A stretch of DNA of 64,000 bases from an uncultured Veillonellaceae bacterium (GCA_963805085.1 CAWDTA010000002.1:1248001-1312000); one strand, 5' to 3'. Positions 1 to 10,042 are shown, numbered from the stretch's first letter. Translations and numbers: made by a program. The notes: generated from the letters alone by a model not told the origin.

Positions 1-693
1 AGCAATCAGAAACGCAAGAAAGGCGAGCAAGAGTCCGCCAAGGAGACTGCCGAGTTTCCGAACTGTTTTGTCTGTGGTTGTTTTACCAAGCGGGATGAGT
101 ATAGTCGTAGCTAGTATTATATTATAAGAAACGTATAAGATACAAGAGAGTAACCAGTGCGGAGCCGGCTGCAAAGAAAATGTGGCAGCCGTGGAAAAAA
201 GATTGGAAAAGTCAGCATGATATGCAAGCGAGCTGCAGCTAACGATGAGAATAGCAAACGTTAAAAATGGTGTAGCAAGTAAATTGATTTTCGTAATGCC
301 ACTGATGCCACCAAGCGAGAGTAACGTGATGGCAATAGCCAAGCTATAAGCACCGTAGATGTTCATCGTATCAGCGGCAGCTAGCATAATGACTAAAACG
401 GTGAAAATAAAAAGTGAAATAGCGATATCAAAAAATATGCCAAGCTTTTTACCGCATAATTTATAAATCAGCTCGGGGTAAGAAGATAATTGATAGCGAT
501 AACTAATCGCTAATAAGCGGTAGCCAAGCCAAGAAAATAAAATACCAGCAAATAAGATACCGTATAAGCCAAAACTGCCATAGGTAATAAAAAATTGCAG
601 AAGTTCTTGACCAGAAGCAAAGCCGGCGCCGATAATCGTACCAGCGAATGTTAAGGCAACTTTTATAATTTCCTTTATTGAAGTGTTTTTCAT
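1..693 (-). CDS. YkvI-family (COG3949) membrane protein, 3' end runs off the window
   Basis: Not in the ORF track. Read manually from ATG at 693 (SD GGAGG upstream): MKNTSIKEIIKVALTFAGTIIGAGFASGQELLQFF..., containing the family signature IGAGFASGQE. Confidence 0.85.
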   Translation of the reverse strand, partial: MKNTSIKEIIKVALTFAGTIIGAGFASGQELLQFFITYGSFGLYGILFAGILFSWLGYRLLAISYRYQLSSYPELIYKLCGKKLGIFFDIAISLFIFTVLVIMLAAADTMNIYGAYSLAIAITLLSLGGISGITKINLLATPFLTFAILIVSCSSLAYHADFSNLFSTAATFSLQPAPHWLLSCILYVSYNIILATTILIPLGKTTTDKTVRKLGSLLGGLLLAFLAFLIA

Positions 694-811
694 AAAAACC
701 TCCAAGCAATAGTTTTTTATTTTTTAGTTTAGAATCAGAGCAACTATAAATTATATGTGAAAAGATAACAGGATAGGTATAATTGTTTTTGTAAATATTT
801 AATGGCTTAGT

Positions 812-840
812 TTGACAGTTTTTTGGTTAAAATATATAAT
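812..840 (+). promoter_or_regulatory. sigma-A-type promoter of serS
   Basis: TTGACA (812-817), 17 bp spacer, TATAAT (835-840). Confidence 0.75.
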
Positions 841-922
841 TAATAAATATTGTATTAGTGAAATATAAGATTTCAGGGCGTGGTGTAAACTGTGTTTTTA
901 AATATGGAGGTCGTAGAAAGAA

Positions 923-2194
923 ATGCTTGATATTAAATTTGTCAGAGATAACCCAGAAAAAGTACAGGAAGCTCTTAAAAATCGTGGCAATTCCATGACT
1001 TTGGATGCATTCCTAGAACTAGAAAAAGAACGTCGTCAGATTCTTGGTGAGGTAGAAAATCTCAAAAGCAAACGTAACGCTGTGTCACAACAAATCAGCG
1101 TAATGAAGAAAAATAAAGAGAATGCTGCTGATCTTGTACTCGAGATGCGCCAAGTTGGTGAAGAAATCAGTAAACTTGATGCACTCTTAAAAGAAGTAGA
1201 AGCGTCTTTAAAAGATATTATGTTAAGTATTCCGAATGTACCAAATGAAGTAGTTCCTATTGGAAAAAATGAAAATGATAATCCAGAGATTCGTCGTTGG
1301 GGTGAGTATCCTAAATTTGATTTTGAACCTAAGGCACATTGGGATATTGGTGAACGATTAGGTATCTTAGATCCAGAACGGGCAGCAAAAGTAACGGGAG
1401 CACGCTTTACATTTTATAAAGGTCTAGGAGCGAGATTAGAACGTGCTGTGATTAACTTTATGTTAGATCTACATACAGGTCAGCACGGCTATACAGAAAT
1501 GCTTACGCCGTTTATTGCCAATAAAGATAGTATGACTGGTACTGGCCAATTGCCAAAGTTTGCCGAAGATATGTTTAAGCTAGAAGGGCTTGACTATTAT
1601 TTGATTCCAACGGCGGAAGTGCCAGTAACGAACTATTATCGTAGTGAAATTCTTGATGGTAAAGAATTACCTAAATACTATAGTGCGTATAGTGCTTGTT
1701 TTAGAGCAGAAGCAGGTTCTGCTGGACGCGATACACGTGGTCTAATTCGCCAGCATCAGTTTAATAAAGTAGAACTTGTGAAATTTGTGAAACCAGAAGA
1801 TTCTTATGAGGAATTAGAAAAATTAACAAATAACGCTGAACGTGTGTTGCAATTATTAAATTTACCTTATCGGGTGATTCTTCTTTGCACAGGAGATATG
1901 GGGTTTAGTTCGGCGAAGACTTACGATATTGAAGTATGGTTACCAAGCTTCAATATGTATCGTGAAATTTCTTCGTGTTCAAATTTTGAAGATTACCAGG
2001 CACGCCGTGCGGATATCAAGTTCCGCCGTGAAGCAAAGGCAAAACCAGAATATGTACACACATTGAATGGATCTGGGCTGGCAATCGGGCGGACCGTAGC
2101 TGCAATTTTAGAAAATTATCAACAAGCCGATGGATCGGTAGTGATTCCAGAAGCATTGCGTTCATACATGGGTACAGATATCATAAAAGCGTAA
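923..2194 (+). CDS. serS: Serine--tRNA ligase
   Basis: [10 protein letters not shown] start, N-terminal coiled coil, [43 protein letters not shown] motifs. Confidence 0.99.
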   Translation: MLDIKFVRDNPEKVQEALKNRGNSMTLDAFLELEKERRQILGEVENLKSKRNAVSQQISVMKKNKENAADLVLEMRQVGEEISKLDALLKEVEASLKDIMLSIPNVPNEVVPIGKNENDNPEIRRWGEYPKFDFEPKAHWDIGERLGILDPERAAKVTGARFTFYKGLGARLERAVINFMLDLHTGQHGYTEMLTPFIANKDSMTGTGQLPKFAEDMFKLEGLDYYLIPTAEVPVTNYYRSEILDGKELPKYYSAYSACFRAEAGSAGRDTRGLIRQHQFNKVELVKFVKPEDSYEELEKLTNNAERVLQLLNLPYRVILLCTGDMGFSSAKTYDIEVWLPSFNMYREISSCSNFEDYQARRADIKFRREAKAKPEYVHTLNGSGLAIGRTVAAILENYQQADGSVVIPEALRSYMGTDIIKA

Positions 2195-2226
2195 CAAGGT
2201 GATAGATTAAAGGGGAGTAACAATTT

Positions 2227-2487
2227 ATGTCATATATTTATCAAACACAAGGTACTTGCTCTAAACAAATTACGATAGAATTAGATGATAACATCATTAA
2301 AAAAGTCGAATTTCTTGGTGGTTGTAATGGTAATTTAAATGGTATTTCTAGTTTGGTGGTAGGAATGTCGATTGAGCGAGTGATCGAAAGATTCGCTGGT
2401 ACAACTTGCGGTCCGCGGAGCACTTCTTGTCCAGATCAATTGGCGATTGCCTTAAAAGAAGCCTATGAAGCAAGTAAAACAAAATAA
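2227..2487 (+). CDS. TIGR03905-type free-standing TSCPD-domain protein
   Basis: GTCS...GGCNGNL...CGPRSTSCPDQLA pattern in 86 aa. Confidence 0.9.
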   Translation: MSYIYQTQGTCSKQITIELDDNIIKKVEFLGGCNGNLNGISSLVVGMSIERVIERFAGTTCGPRSTSCPDQLAIALKEAYEASKTK

Positions 2488-2504
2488 ATAAATGTAATCC
2501 AGAG

Positions 2505-2541
2505 CAAGGCTGTTCACAAACAATGTGGCAGCCTTGTTTTT
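2505..2541 (+). terminator. Intrinsic terminator after serS-TSCPD
   Basis: CAAGGCTG...CAGCCTTG stem followed by a T run. Confidence 0.7.
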
Positions 2542-2569
2542 ATATCGTTTACAATTTCCTGTAATTATA

Positions 2570-2598
2570 TTGACATTAATAATCATTCTTAATAAAAT
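2570..2598 (+). promoter_or_regulatory. feoAB promoter with embedded Fur-box-like site
   Basis: TTGACA-N17-TAAAAT. Spacer contains TAATAATCATTCTTA (2577-2591), 11/14 match to the 7-1-7 Fur consensus TGATAATnATTATCA. Confidence 0.7.
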
Positions 2599-2671
2599 AA
2601 GGACTACATCTTCGACTTCGAAAATAAATTGGGTATAAAGCCTTTCATTTATAGCACTGTTAGATGAGTAA

Positions 2672-2902
2672 GTGGGTGAAAAAATGACATTGGATAAAGT
2701 CCTGCGTGGACAGCATGTTAAGATTGTTGCAATTCCTGATGAACAAGTAAGGGTGCAAGCAATTCGGTTTGGCATTTCTATTGGTTCTACAGTAGAGTGC
2801 GCTGAAAAAATAATTGGCGGACCGATTGTATTAGTCCGAGGAAAGCAAGAAATTGCGATTGGTAGGGAATTATCAAAGCGAATCAAGATTGAGTTGGTAT
2901 AA
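2672..2902 (+). CDS. feoA: Ferrous iron transport protein A
   Basis: Small SH3-like FeoA pattern (RFGI..G...GPIVL...EIAIGR) directly upstream of feoB; true start may be ATG at 2684. Confidence 0.92.
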   Translation: MGEKMTLDKVLRGQHVKIVAIPDEQVRVQAIRFGISIGSTVECAEKIIGGPIVLVRGKQEIAIGRELSKRIKIELV

Positions 2903-2931
2903 AAGCTGTCAAGTGACAAAGAGGTGATGGT

Positions 2932-4776
2932 ATGGGATGTCATAGTGAAGCTCAGGATATTGAAATCCCTAAGTATGCAAAAAAAATTGTTTTAGTAGGA
3001 AATCCGAATGTTGGTAAATCGGTATTTTTTAATGCCTTAACTGGCATTTATGTAGATGTTTCTAATTTTCCAGGAACGACTGTTGATATTTCGCATGGGA
3101 AATTTGGTAATGATATTGTTCTTGATACGCCAGGGGTGTATGGGATCTCTTCGTTTAATGACGAAGAAAAGGTAGCGCGTGACGTTATTTTAGCAGCAGA
3201 TATGATTGTGAATGTTGTCGATGCTGTTCACTTGGAGCGAGATTTATTTTTAACGATGCAAGTCATTCATACAGGGATACCTATCCTTGTTGTATTGAAT
3301 ATGATGGATGATGCCAAAGCACAAGGGGTTAAAATTGATTTGAAATTATTAGAAGAAGCCTTGGGTGTGCCTGTTGTGCCAGCGGTCGCGGTGAAAGGAA
3401 TTGGTGTTGAAAATGTAAAGGCTAAATTATATGAAGCGCGGATCGGTATAGTAACGCCTAGTGTGCAAGCAGAGATAGAGCCGTTTATTACGGCTACTTG
3501 CCTGCAAGCGGATGCTCTTTTAATTGCTGAGGGTGATCATCATGTCGCTAAAAGACATAGGGTAAAACCGGGCAAGATGCGTGAATACATTTATCAAGCT
3601 CGGCGCGAACAGGTGAATCAGGTAGTGGCAGAGGTAGTTAGTTATACAGCGAGTGGTGCTAACCTTTCCACGAAAATTGGCAGAGCTATGTTAATGCCTG
3701 TCACTGGTGCAATTATTTTTATGGCTGCATTGACACTGATGTATTATGTGATTGGGGTCTTTGTGGCGCAAGATGTTGTTGATATCACCGAAAAGCAGAT
3801 GATGAAGGGCGTCTATGAGCCTTTTGTTCGCTTTATGATTGGGCAGTCTATTCCAGAAAAATCAATACTAGGTGCATATTTGATTGGTGAATTTGGTATT
3901 TTAACGATGACGGTCACGTATGTATTTGGTTTATTATTACCGCTAGTACTAGGCTTTTATTTTATTCTTTCCATTATGGAGGACTCTGGTTATTTACCAC
4001 GACTGGCAACTTTGGTTGACCGTTTTATGAATATGGTTGGTTTAAATGGTCGAGCGGTTATTCCCATGATTCTTGGTTTTGGTTGTGTTACGATGGCAAC
4101 CATTTCAACAAGGTTACTTGGTTCTGAACGTGAGCGTACCATAGCTGTGTCCTTACTTGGATTAGCGATACCCTGCTCGGCGCAATTAGGGGTTATTGCT
4201 GGACTGCTTGCTGGTATTGGCAGCCAATATATTGTTTTATATTTATTAGTCATGCTGATTACTTTAGGCTTGGTTGGCAAGGTATTGCACAGCGTATTGC
4301 CAGGCAAGCCGACGGATCTGTTGATTGATTTACCACCGATCCGTTTGCCGCGCATTGGTAATGTGACAACAAAGATGGTTACCAAATCTTATGCTTTCAT
4401 CAAAGAGGCAACACCGATTTTTGCCTTGGGCGCCTTGATTGTCACAACGTTACAAGTGACTAACTCACTATATTATATTCAAGACTGGCTATCACCCTTG
4501 ACGACAGGCGTGTTAAAGTTGCCACGGGAGACGGCAAATGTGTTTATAATGGGGTTGATTCGCCGTGATTTTGGCGCAGCAGGGCTTACAGGGATGGATC
4601 TTGACCCAGCACAGTTGATTGTCGCATTAATTACGATTACATTGTTTGTCCCCTGCATTGCATCGGTTATTGTCATGTTCAAAGAGCGTGGCAAGCTAGA
4701 AGGGCTGCTGATTTGGTTTGGTTCTTGGGCAGCAGCATTTACCATTGGTGGTATTGTTGCACAATTGGTGATATGA
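2932..4776 (+). CDS. feoB: Ferrous iron transport protein B
   Basis: GNPNVGKS, NFPGTTVD, DTPG, NMMD GTPase motifs; EDSGYLPR and GFGC membrane-domain motifs. Confidence 0.97.
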   Translation: MGCHSEAQDIEIPKYAKKIVLVGNPNVGKSVFFNALTGIYVDVSNFPGTTVDISHGKFGNDIVLDTPGVYGISSFNDEEKVARDVILAADMIVNVVDAVHLERDLFLTMQVIHTGIPILVVLNMMDDAKAQGVKIDLKLLEEALGVPVVPAVAVKGIGVENVKAKLYEARIGIVTPSVQAEIEPFITATCLQADALLIAEGDHHVAKRHRVKPGKMREYIYQARREQVNQVVAEVVSYTASGANLSTKIGRAMLMPVTGAIIFMAALTLMYYVIGVFVAQDVVDITEKQMMKGVYEPFVRFMIGQSIPEKSILGAYLIGEFGILTMTVTYVFGLLLPLVLGFYFILSIMEDSGYLPRLATLVDRFMNMVGLNGRAVIPMILGFGCVTMATISTRLLGSERERTIAVSLLGLAIPCSAQLGVIAGLLAGIGSQYIVLYLLVMLITLGLVGKVLHSVLPGKPTDLLIDLPPIRLPRIGNVTTKMVTKSYAFIKEATPIFALGALIVTTLQVTNSLYYIQDWLSPLTTGVLKLPRETANVFIMGLIRRDFGAAGLTGMDLDPAQLIVALITITLFVPCIASVIVMFKERGKLEGLLIWFGSWAAAFTIGGIVAQLVI

Positions 4777-4934
4777 TGAGAAAAAACGATGCACTTCAAT
4801 GCTCGCAATGTGGCAATATCATTACAGATAAAACAACGATTCGCTGTCCTCGTTGTAATCAATTATTAGTATTGCCTTGCAAGGGACGCTGTAGCCTGTG
4901 TAGTGTAAAAACTTGCAAAGATGATGAGGCATAA
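4773..4934 (+). CDS. Small Cys-rich protein translationally coupled to feoB (53 aa)
   Basis: ATG overlaps the feoB stop (ATGA). MMRKNDALQCSQCG...CPRC...CKGRCSLCSVKTC, 8 Cys; terminator follows. Confidence 0.7.
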   Translation: MMRKNDALQCSQCGNIITDKTTIRCPRCNQLLVLPCKGRCSLCSVKTCKDDEA

Positions 4935-4937
4935 GTA

Positions 4938-4972
4938 AAGAGCAGATGGTATGCAACGAATCATCTGCTTTT
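4938..4972 (+). terminator. Terminator of feo operon
   Basis: AGCAGATG...CATCTGCT followed by TTT. Confidence 0.6.
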
Positions 4973-5131
4973 ATTGACAGCTAAGAGTATTTATTATAAC
5001 AGTTTTTTGATTTTAATTGCTTAAGAAAAACTAAAAAAGTGTCGATATATTATTAATTGATATATTTTCATGTTTTACCTAAATATCTCAAGGGATGATA
5101 GCATTGATGATTTTTCTAAGGGGAAAGACAA

Positions 5132-5908
5132 ATGATATTTGATACACATGTACATACGAATTTTTCTTCAGACTCAAAAATGCTTTTGCCCGATGCGCTT
5201 GCTAGGGCAAAAGAAGTTGGTATGGGCTTGATCACGACAGAGCATATGGATTTGTTATATCCAGAGAGTGGTCAATTTATTTTTGATGTCGATCAATATT
5301 TTGCTGACTATGAACAATATCGAAGTGAGCAGCTACTGCTCGGAATTGAGGTTGGCATGCAATTAGAATGTCTTGAGGAGAATGCTAAGATTGTCAAAAA
5401 AAATAATTTTGATTATGTTCTAGGTTCTATCCACCTCGTAGACGGCATAGATATTTACTATGATGTTTTTTATGAAAAGCGTACAAAGTTGGAAACCTAT
5501 GCGCGCTATTTTGAAGCGATGGCTAGCTGTGTAAAAGAGCATTCGTTTATTGATGCGTTAGGGCATATCGACTATATTGCCCGTTATGCAAAGTATGAAG
5601 ATACAGAAATTTATTATCATGAGTTCCAAGAGAACATTGATGATATTTTAAAATATACGATAAAAAATGATATTGTATTGGAGCTAAATACTCGGCGATT
5701 TGGCGATAGAACTGTAATTAAAGCATTGACGCCCATTTATAAACGTTATTATGAATTGGGTGGAAGATTTGCAACTATTGGCTCCGATGCTCATAATCAA
5801 AAGGATATTGGCAGTCACTTTAAGCTTGCCAGGGAATTTGTAGAACAGTGCCATTTGCAACTGGTCTATTTTAAAAGTAGAAGCCCTGAATATATGGTGG
5901 AAAAATAA
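5132..5908 (+). CDS. PHP-family phosphatase, histidinol-phosphatase HisJ/HisK-like
   Basis: DTHVHTNFS, TEHMD, GIEVG, GSIH, GHIDY, ELNT, GSDAH PHP motifs. Confidence 0.85.
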   Translation: MIFDTHVHTNFSSDSKMLLPDALARAKEVGMGLITTEHMDLLYPESGQFIFDVDQYFADYEQYRSEQLLLGIEVGMQLECLEENAKIVKKNNFDYVLGSIHLVDGIDIYYDVFYEKRTKLETYARYFEAMASCVKEHSFIDALGHIDYIARYAKYEDTEIYYHEFQENIDDILKYTIKNDIVLELNTRRFGDRTVIKALTPIYKRYYELGGRFATIGSDAHNQKDIGSHFKLAREFVEQCHLQLVYFKSRSPEYMVEK

Positions 5909-5946
5909 CGGCTAAAGTAAAGTTATTGTGATGAGGGGATAGTAGC

Positions 5947-6621
5947 GTGAAACATACATTATTTCGTAATGCCAACTATGTTATGGGGATACTAGGCCTT
6001 TTCTTAGGGGGAGGTATGTATGGGCTTACTAAAGCGATTCAAGTTGGTCTATTGGCGATACCAGAGAGTGTCGTGTGGATATGTTTTACAGCTATGCTGG
6101 TTTTTGTTGGCTTGATTAATGGTAAGATGATTAGCCTCTTGCATCAGTGGGCCTATCGTGATTTTTTGACAGGAGTGTGGAATCGTAAGTATTTCACTTA
6201 TCGAATTAAAAAAGAAATGCTCGGTAAAAAGCAGACTAAGCAATCGTTATGCTTGGCTTTAGTTGATTTGGATAATTTCAAACGGGTTAATGATACGTAT
6301 GGCCATGGCGTTGGTGATAAAGTCATCAAGCAAGTTGCAAATGTCTTGATGACAAATGTTCGTTACACCGATTTGGTGGTGAGACTTGGCGGTGATGAAT
6401 TTGCCATCATTTTCCCTGGTACGGAAATCAAAAAAGCAAAGATAATTTCCGAGCGTATTCGTAAAATGGTCGACACCCGCTGTGAGCATGTAACAGTAAG
6501 CGTTGGTCTGGTAGAAGTTAATGATACAATCAATGTTTCCGAAGTGATGGATTTGGTTGATTCGGTATTATACAAAGCGAAACTTTCTAAAAACTCTGTC
6601 ATTACGATGGTGGCTGGTTAA
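5947..6621 (+). CDS. Membrane-anchored diguanylate cyclase (GGDEF)
   Basis: Two N-terminal TM helices, DFLTGVWNR, DLDNFKRVNDTYGH, RxxD I-site (RYTD), intact GGDEF. Confidence 0.92.
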   Translation: MKHTLFRNANYVMGILGLFLGGGMYGLTKAIQVGLLAIPESVVWICFTAMLVFVGLINGKMISLLHQWAYRDFLTGVWNRKYFTYRIKKEMLGKKQTKQSLCLALVDLDNFKRVNDTYGHGVGDKVIKQVANVLMTNVRYTDLVVRLGGDEFAIIFPGTEIKKAKIISERIRKMVDTRCEHVTVSVGLVEVNDTINVSEVMDLVDSVLYKAKLSKNSVITMVAG

Positions 6622-6652
6622 CGGAAAAATCAATTGGCGTGAACAAATACAC

Positions 6653-6695
6653 AAAAGAGACTGTCTCAAAATAAAATTTTGAGACAGTCTCTTTT
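6653..6695. terminator. Bidirectional terminator between GGDEF gene and iolR
   Basis: AAAAGAGACTGTCTCAAAAT / ATTTTGAGACAGTCTCTTTT perfect inverted repeat between convergent genes. Confidence 0.75.
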
Positions 6696-6772
6696 CTTAT
6701 GGGCTAAGTCTGCTATTTTGTATTGCCTTGTAATTATGACTCAACTCCAGAAATTTTGAGCAAAGATCAAAT

Positions 6773-7537
6773 CTAATTAGGTGCTGAATGGATTAGGGCA
6801 ACATTGTGTTTTTGAAAATAGTCTATATATTCTTTGTCGGGCTCTTTATCTGTAATAAAATAGTCAAGATTCTTCAATGGACAGAACGTCATAAGTGAAA
6901 CGGTTCCTGCTTTTGAAGAATCAACGAGTAATATTTTTGTACAATTTTTTTCGGTTAAATACCGCTTAATTTCACATTCGAGCGGCGAAGCATTTGTTGC
7001 ACCATTTTCAATTGAAAAGCCAGTCGAGGCGAGAAATGTTTTTGAAATGTTGTAGGTTTTTAAGCAGTTGATAACACTTGCACCGACAAAAGCGTTTGAC
7101 GGCCGATAGAGTGAACCACCTGTAGCAATGATGTTCATCTGATTGTAAGAGAACGCAGCATTGATGACATGAACGCTAGCAGTGATAATAGTTAGATTTT
7201 TTTTCTCTGCTAGATAAGGAATCATGTGCATTGTCGTTGTGCCAGAATCAATATAGATAACATCACCATCATCGACAAGGTTACTAGCCAACTTGGCAAT
7301 CTGTTTCTTTTGTGTCTGGTTTTTGATCTGACGCGCGGCAAATGGTTCGGGACTATCGTTTTGGTTGAGCATAATGCCACCGTAGACTTTCTTAATAGAC
7401 CCACGGTTTTCTAATTCCGCAATATCACGGCGAATAGTGTTTTTTGAGACTTCAAATATTTCGCAGAGTTTATTGATAGAAATGTTGTTTGATTCTTTTA
7501 AAATTTCTTCAATCTTATTTAAGCGATTTATTTTCAT
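6773..7537 (-). CDS. iolR: DeoR/GlpR-family repressor, likely IolR
   Basis: HTH VSKNTIRRDI...YGG, sensor domain IDSGTTT; divergent from the iol operon. Confidence 0.8.
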   Translation of the reverse strand: MKINRLNKIEEILKESNNISINKLCEIFEVSKNTIRRDIAELENRGSIKKVYGGIMLNQNDSPEPFAARQIKNQTQKKQIAKLASNLVDDGDVIYIDSGTTTMHMIPYLAEKKNLTIITASVHVINAAFSYNQMNIIATGGSLYRPSNAFVGASVINCLKTYNISKTFLASTGFSIENGATNASPLECEIKRYLTEKNCTKILLVDSSKAGTVSLMTFCPLKNLDYFITDKEPDKEYIDYFQKHNVALIHSAPN

Positions 7538-7902
7538 TATTCATCACATCCAATATCTTATTAACTCACAATTTGACAAACAATAATATACTCAAAATAT
7601 ATACAAAAAATAAGCATATTTTGAGTATGTTACCAATAATCCAATTATAAAACTCATCAAAGAAATAAACAAGTAGTTTTTTGAATTTATAATAAAAATT
7701 TTAAAATAAAAGCTTAATTTTAAAAACAGGTAGAGGGTTTTATAGAAAGTTTGAAATAGGTAGCTTCTATCAAAAAAAAGGAATTTACAAAAAACAAAAA
7801 TAATTTATTGCATAGAAAAAGGATATAAATTCTTTGTTGTGATAAACAATAAGAAATAGTCGAAATTTATATAAAAAAATTTTTATAAATGAGAAAAACC
7901 TA

Positions 7903-7983
7903 TTGACAAAAGATTAGAAATATATTAATTTATAACCAAGAGGTAATCAACACATAATCAAAAACATATCATAATATAATCAA
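7903..7983 (+). promoter_or_regulatory. iol operon promoter and tandem 11-bp IolR-type operator
   Basis: TTGACA-N17-TAATTT, then TAAYCAA-like units starting at 7933, 7944, 7955, 7966 (degenerate) and 7977, an exact 11-bp period resembling the B. subtilis IolR 11-mer WRAYCAADARD. Confidence 0.75.
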
Positions 7984-8015
7984 ATTAAGAAAAAAGAAAC
8001 GAGGTAATAGGTATT

Positions 8016-9167
8016 ATGAGTAACGTATTTTTAGTTCCATCAAAAATATTAACTGGATTTGGCGCAATTAACCAAATTGGAGAACACATTCAAGGTAGAG
8101 GAAAAAAAGCCTTGGTGGTTACTGATAAATTTATGGTACAGTTTGGTAATGTTGCCAAACTAACAGCAACTTTAGATGAATGTAACATCCAATACTATAT
8201 ATATGATGGTGTAAACGGTGAACCTACTGATAAAATGGTAGAAGAAGGCGTTCAGCTATACAAAGATCAAAAATGTGATTTACTGATAGCGCTTGGTGGT
8301 GGCAGTCCGATTGATACAGCGAAAGCAATTGGCTTCATGGCAAACAACACTGGCAAAATTAGCAGTTATATGAAAAAAGTCATTAATACAGAAGTTCCTT
8401 ACTTAGTAGCAATTCCAACAACAGCTGGAACTGGTTCAGAAGCTACTCAATTTACAATCATTGCGGATACAGAAAATAATGTAAAGATGCTACTTGCAGG
8501 TCCATCAATATTGCCAGCACTTGCAATCGTCGATCCAACCTTTACAATGACGGCGCCACCAAAGGTAACGGTAGCAACTGGTATAGATGCATTGACGCAT
8601 GCGATTGAAGCATATACTTCAAGAAAAGCGCAACCGTTATCTGATATCTTTGCATTAGCTGCAATCAAAAAAATTCACAAGAACTTACCAATCTGCTTTG
8701 CCGATGGTAAAAATGAAGAAGCAAGACTTCAAATGTCGCTTGGGGCGCATGAAGCTGGAATTGCATTTAACAACTCATCGATTACTATCGTTCATGGTAT
8801 GAGTAGACCAATTGGTGCACTTTTTCATATAGCACACGGTGTTAGTAATGCAGTACTTCTTACAGGTTGTATGGAATTTGCAATCAAAAAAAATACAGTA
8901 AGATTTGCTGAAATTGCAAAAATCATGGGTGTTACGGATGAGAATATGACGGATATGCAAGCCGCTCAGGCCATGGTAAAAGAGCTAGATCGCTTTTGCA
9001 AAGCTTTAGAAGTTCCAACACTTGAACAATTAGGCGTGAAGAAAGAAGACTTCTTCACACAACTGGATAAAATGGCGGATGATGCATTAGACAGTGGTAG
9101 TCCAAATAACACAATGAGGACACCAACAAAAGATGAAATTATCACAATATATAAAAAACTCTATTAA
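8016..9167 (+). CDS. Iron-containing alcohol dehydrogenase (candidate malonate semialdehyde reductase)
   Basis: GGGSPIDTAK, PTTAGTGSE, DALTHAIE, HGMS...HIAHG metal ligands. Specific substrate is inferred from operon position. Confidence 0.9.
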   Translation: MSNVFLVPSKILTGFGAINQIGEHIQGRGKKALVVTDKFMVQFGNVAKLTATLDECNIQYYIYDGVNGEPTDKMVEEGVQLYKDQKCDLLIALGGGSPIDTAKAIGFMANNTGKISSYMKKVINTEVPYLVAIPTTAGTGSEATQFTIIADTENNVKMLLAGPSILPALAIVDPTFTMTAPPKVTVATGIDALTHAIEAYTSRKAQPLSDIFALAAIKKIHKNLPICFADGKNEEARLQMSLGAHEAGIAFNNSSITIVHGMSRPIGALFHIAHGVSNAVLLTGCMEFAIKKNTVRFAEIAKIMGVTDENMTDMQAAQAMVKELDRFCKALEVPTLEQLGVKKEDFFTQLDKMADDALDSGSPNNTMRTPTKDEIITIYKKLY

Positions 9168-9196
9168 TTCAGGGGTGAAAGAAAGGAGTCAAAGAA

Positions 9197-10042
9197 ATGC
9201 CAATCGTTAAATTAGATGAGCTTTTGCTCGGCGTCAAGGATAACTCGTATGCAATCGGCTCCTTCAATGTTTCAAATATGGAAATGATAATAGGGACGAT
9301 AAAGGCTGCGGAAGAATTGAATGTACCCGTCATCATCCAGATTGCAGAAGGCAGATTGAAATACTCTCCACTGCATACGCTGGGGCCAATGATGGTAGCA
9401 GCAGCAAAAGAAGCGAAAGTTCCAGTGACAGTGCATCTTGATCATGGTGGAACAATCGAAGTTATTCATCAAGCATTGGAAATCGGATTTACTTCGGTTA
9501 TGTTTGATGGTTCTCAATATCCATTGGACATAAATATTGAAAAGACAATGCAAGTAAAAGAACTTGCAGATAAATATAATGCGAGTGTTGAAGCGGAAAT
9601 CGGTAGAGTCGGTGGCTCTGAAGGTGATTATGCCAACGTTGATATCATGATTACAAGTGTTGATGAAGCAGTGAAATTTTACGAAGCAACTAAAGTTGAC
9701 GCTTTAGCAGTAGCAATCGGTACAGCACATGGTAATTACAAAGAAGTTCCTAAACTTCGTATCGACAGATTAAAAGAAATTGCAAAAGTAGTTGCTTGTC
9801 CACTTGTTTTACATGGTGGTACAGGACTTACTGAACAGGATTTTAGAAATAGCTTAGAAAATGGTATCAAGAAAATCAATATTGCAACAGCATCTTATGA
9901 CAGCGTAGCGGCAAATGTAAAGAAACTGGCAAAAGATAAACCAGATTTCAATTACTTTGATCATACGGATACTGTAATGATGGCGACATATGAAAATGTA
10001 AAAAAACACATGTTGATTTTTGGTTTGAAAGATAAAGCATAA
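9197..10042 (+). CDS. iolJ: Class II aldolase, 6-phospho-5-dehydro-2-deoxy-gluconate aldolase-like
   Basis: HLDHG, SVMFDGS, EAEIG, GTAHG, LVLHGG, KINIAT motifs inside the iol operon. Confidence 0.8.
   Translation: MPIVKLDELLLGVKDNSYAIGSFNVSNMEMIIGTIKAAEELNVPVIIQIAEGRLKYSPLHTLGPMMVAAAKEAKVPVTVHLDHGGTIEVIHQALEIGFTSVMFDGSQYPLDINIEKTMQVKELADKYNASVEAEIGRVGGSEGDYANVDIMITSVDEAVKFYEATKVDALAVAIGTAHGNYKEVPKLRIDRLKEIAKVVACPLVLHGGTGLTEQDFRNSLENGIKKINIATASYDSVAANVKKLAKDKPDFNYFDHTDTVMMATYENVKKHMLIFGLKDKA

Noticed and set aside
503-709. 68-aa minus-strand ORF in the track
   Set aside because: Wrong frame; the real gene is the YkvI-type ORF starting at 693 in another frame.
5132-5908. HisJ-like PHP phosphatase as part of the phytate locus
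   Set aside because: Separated from iolR by a GGDEF gene and a bidirectional terminator; its motifs fit the histidinol-phosphatase subgroup.
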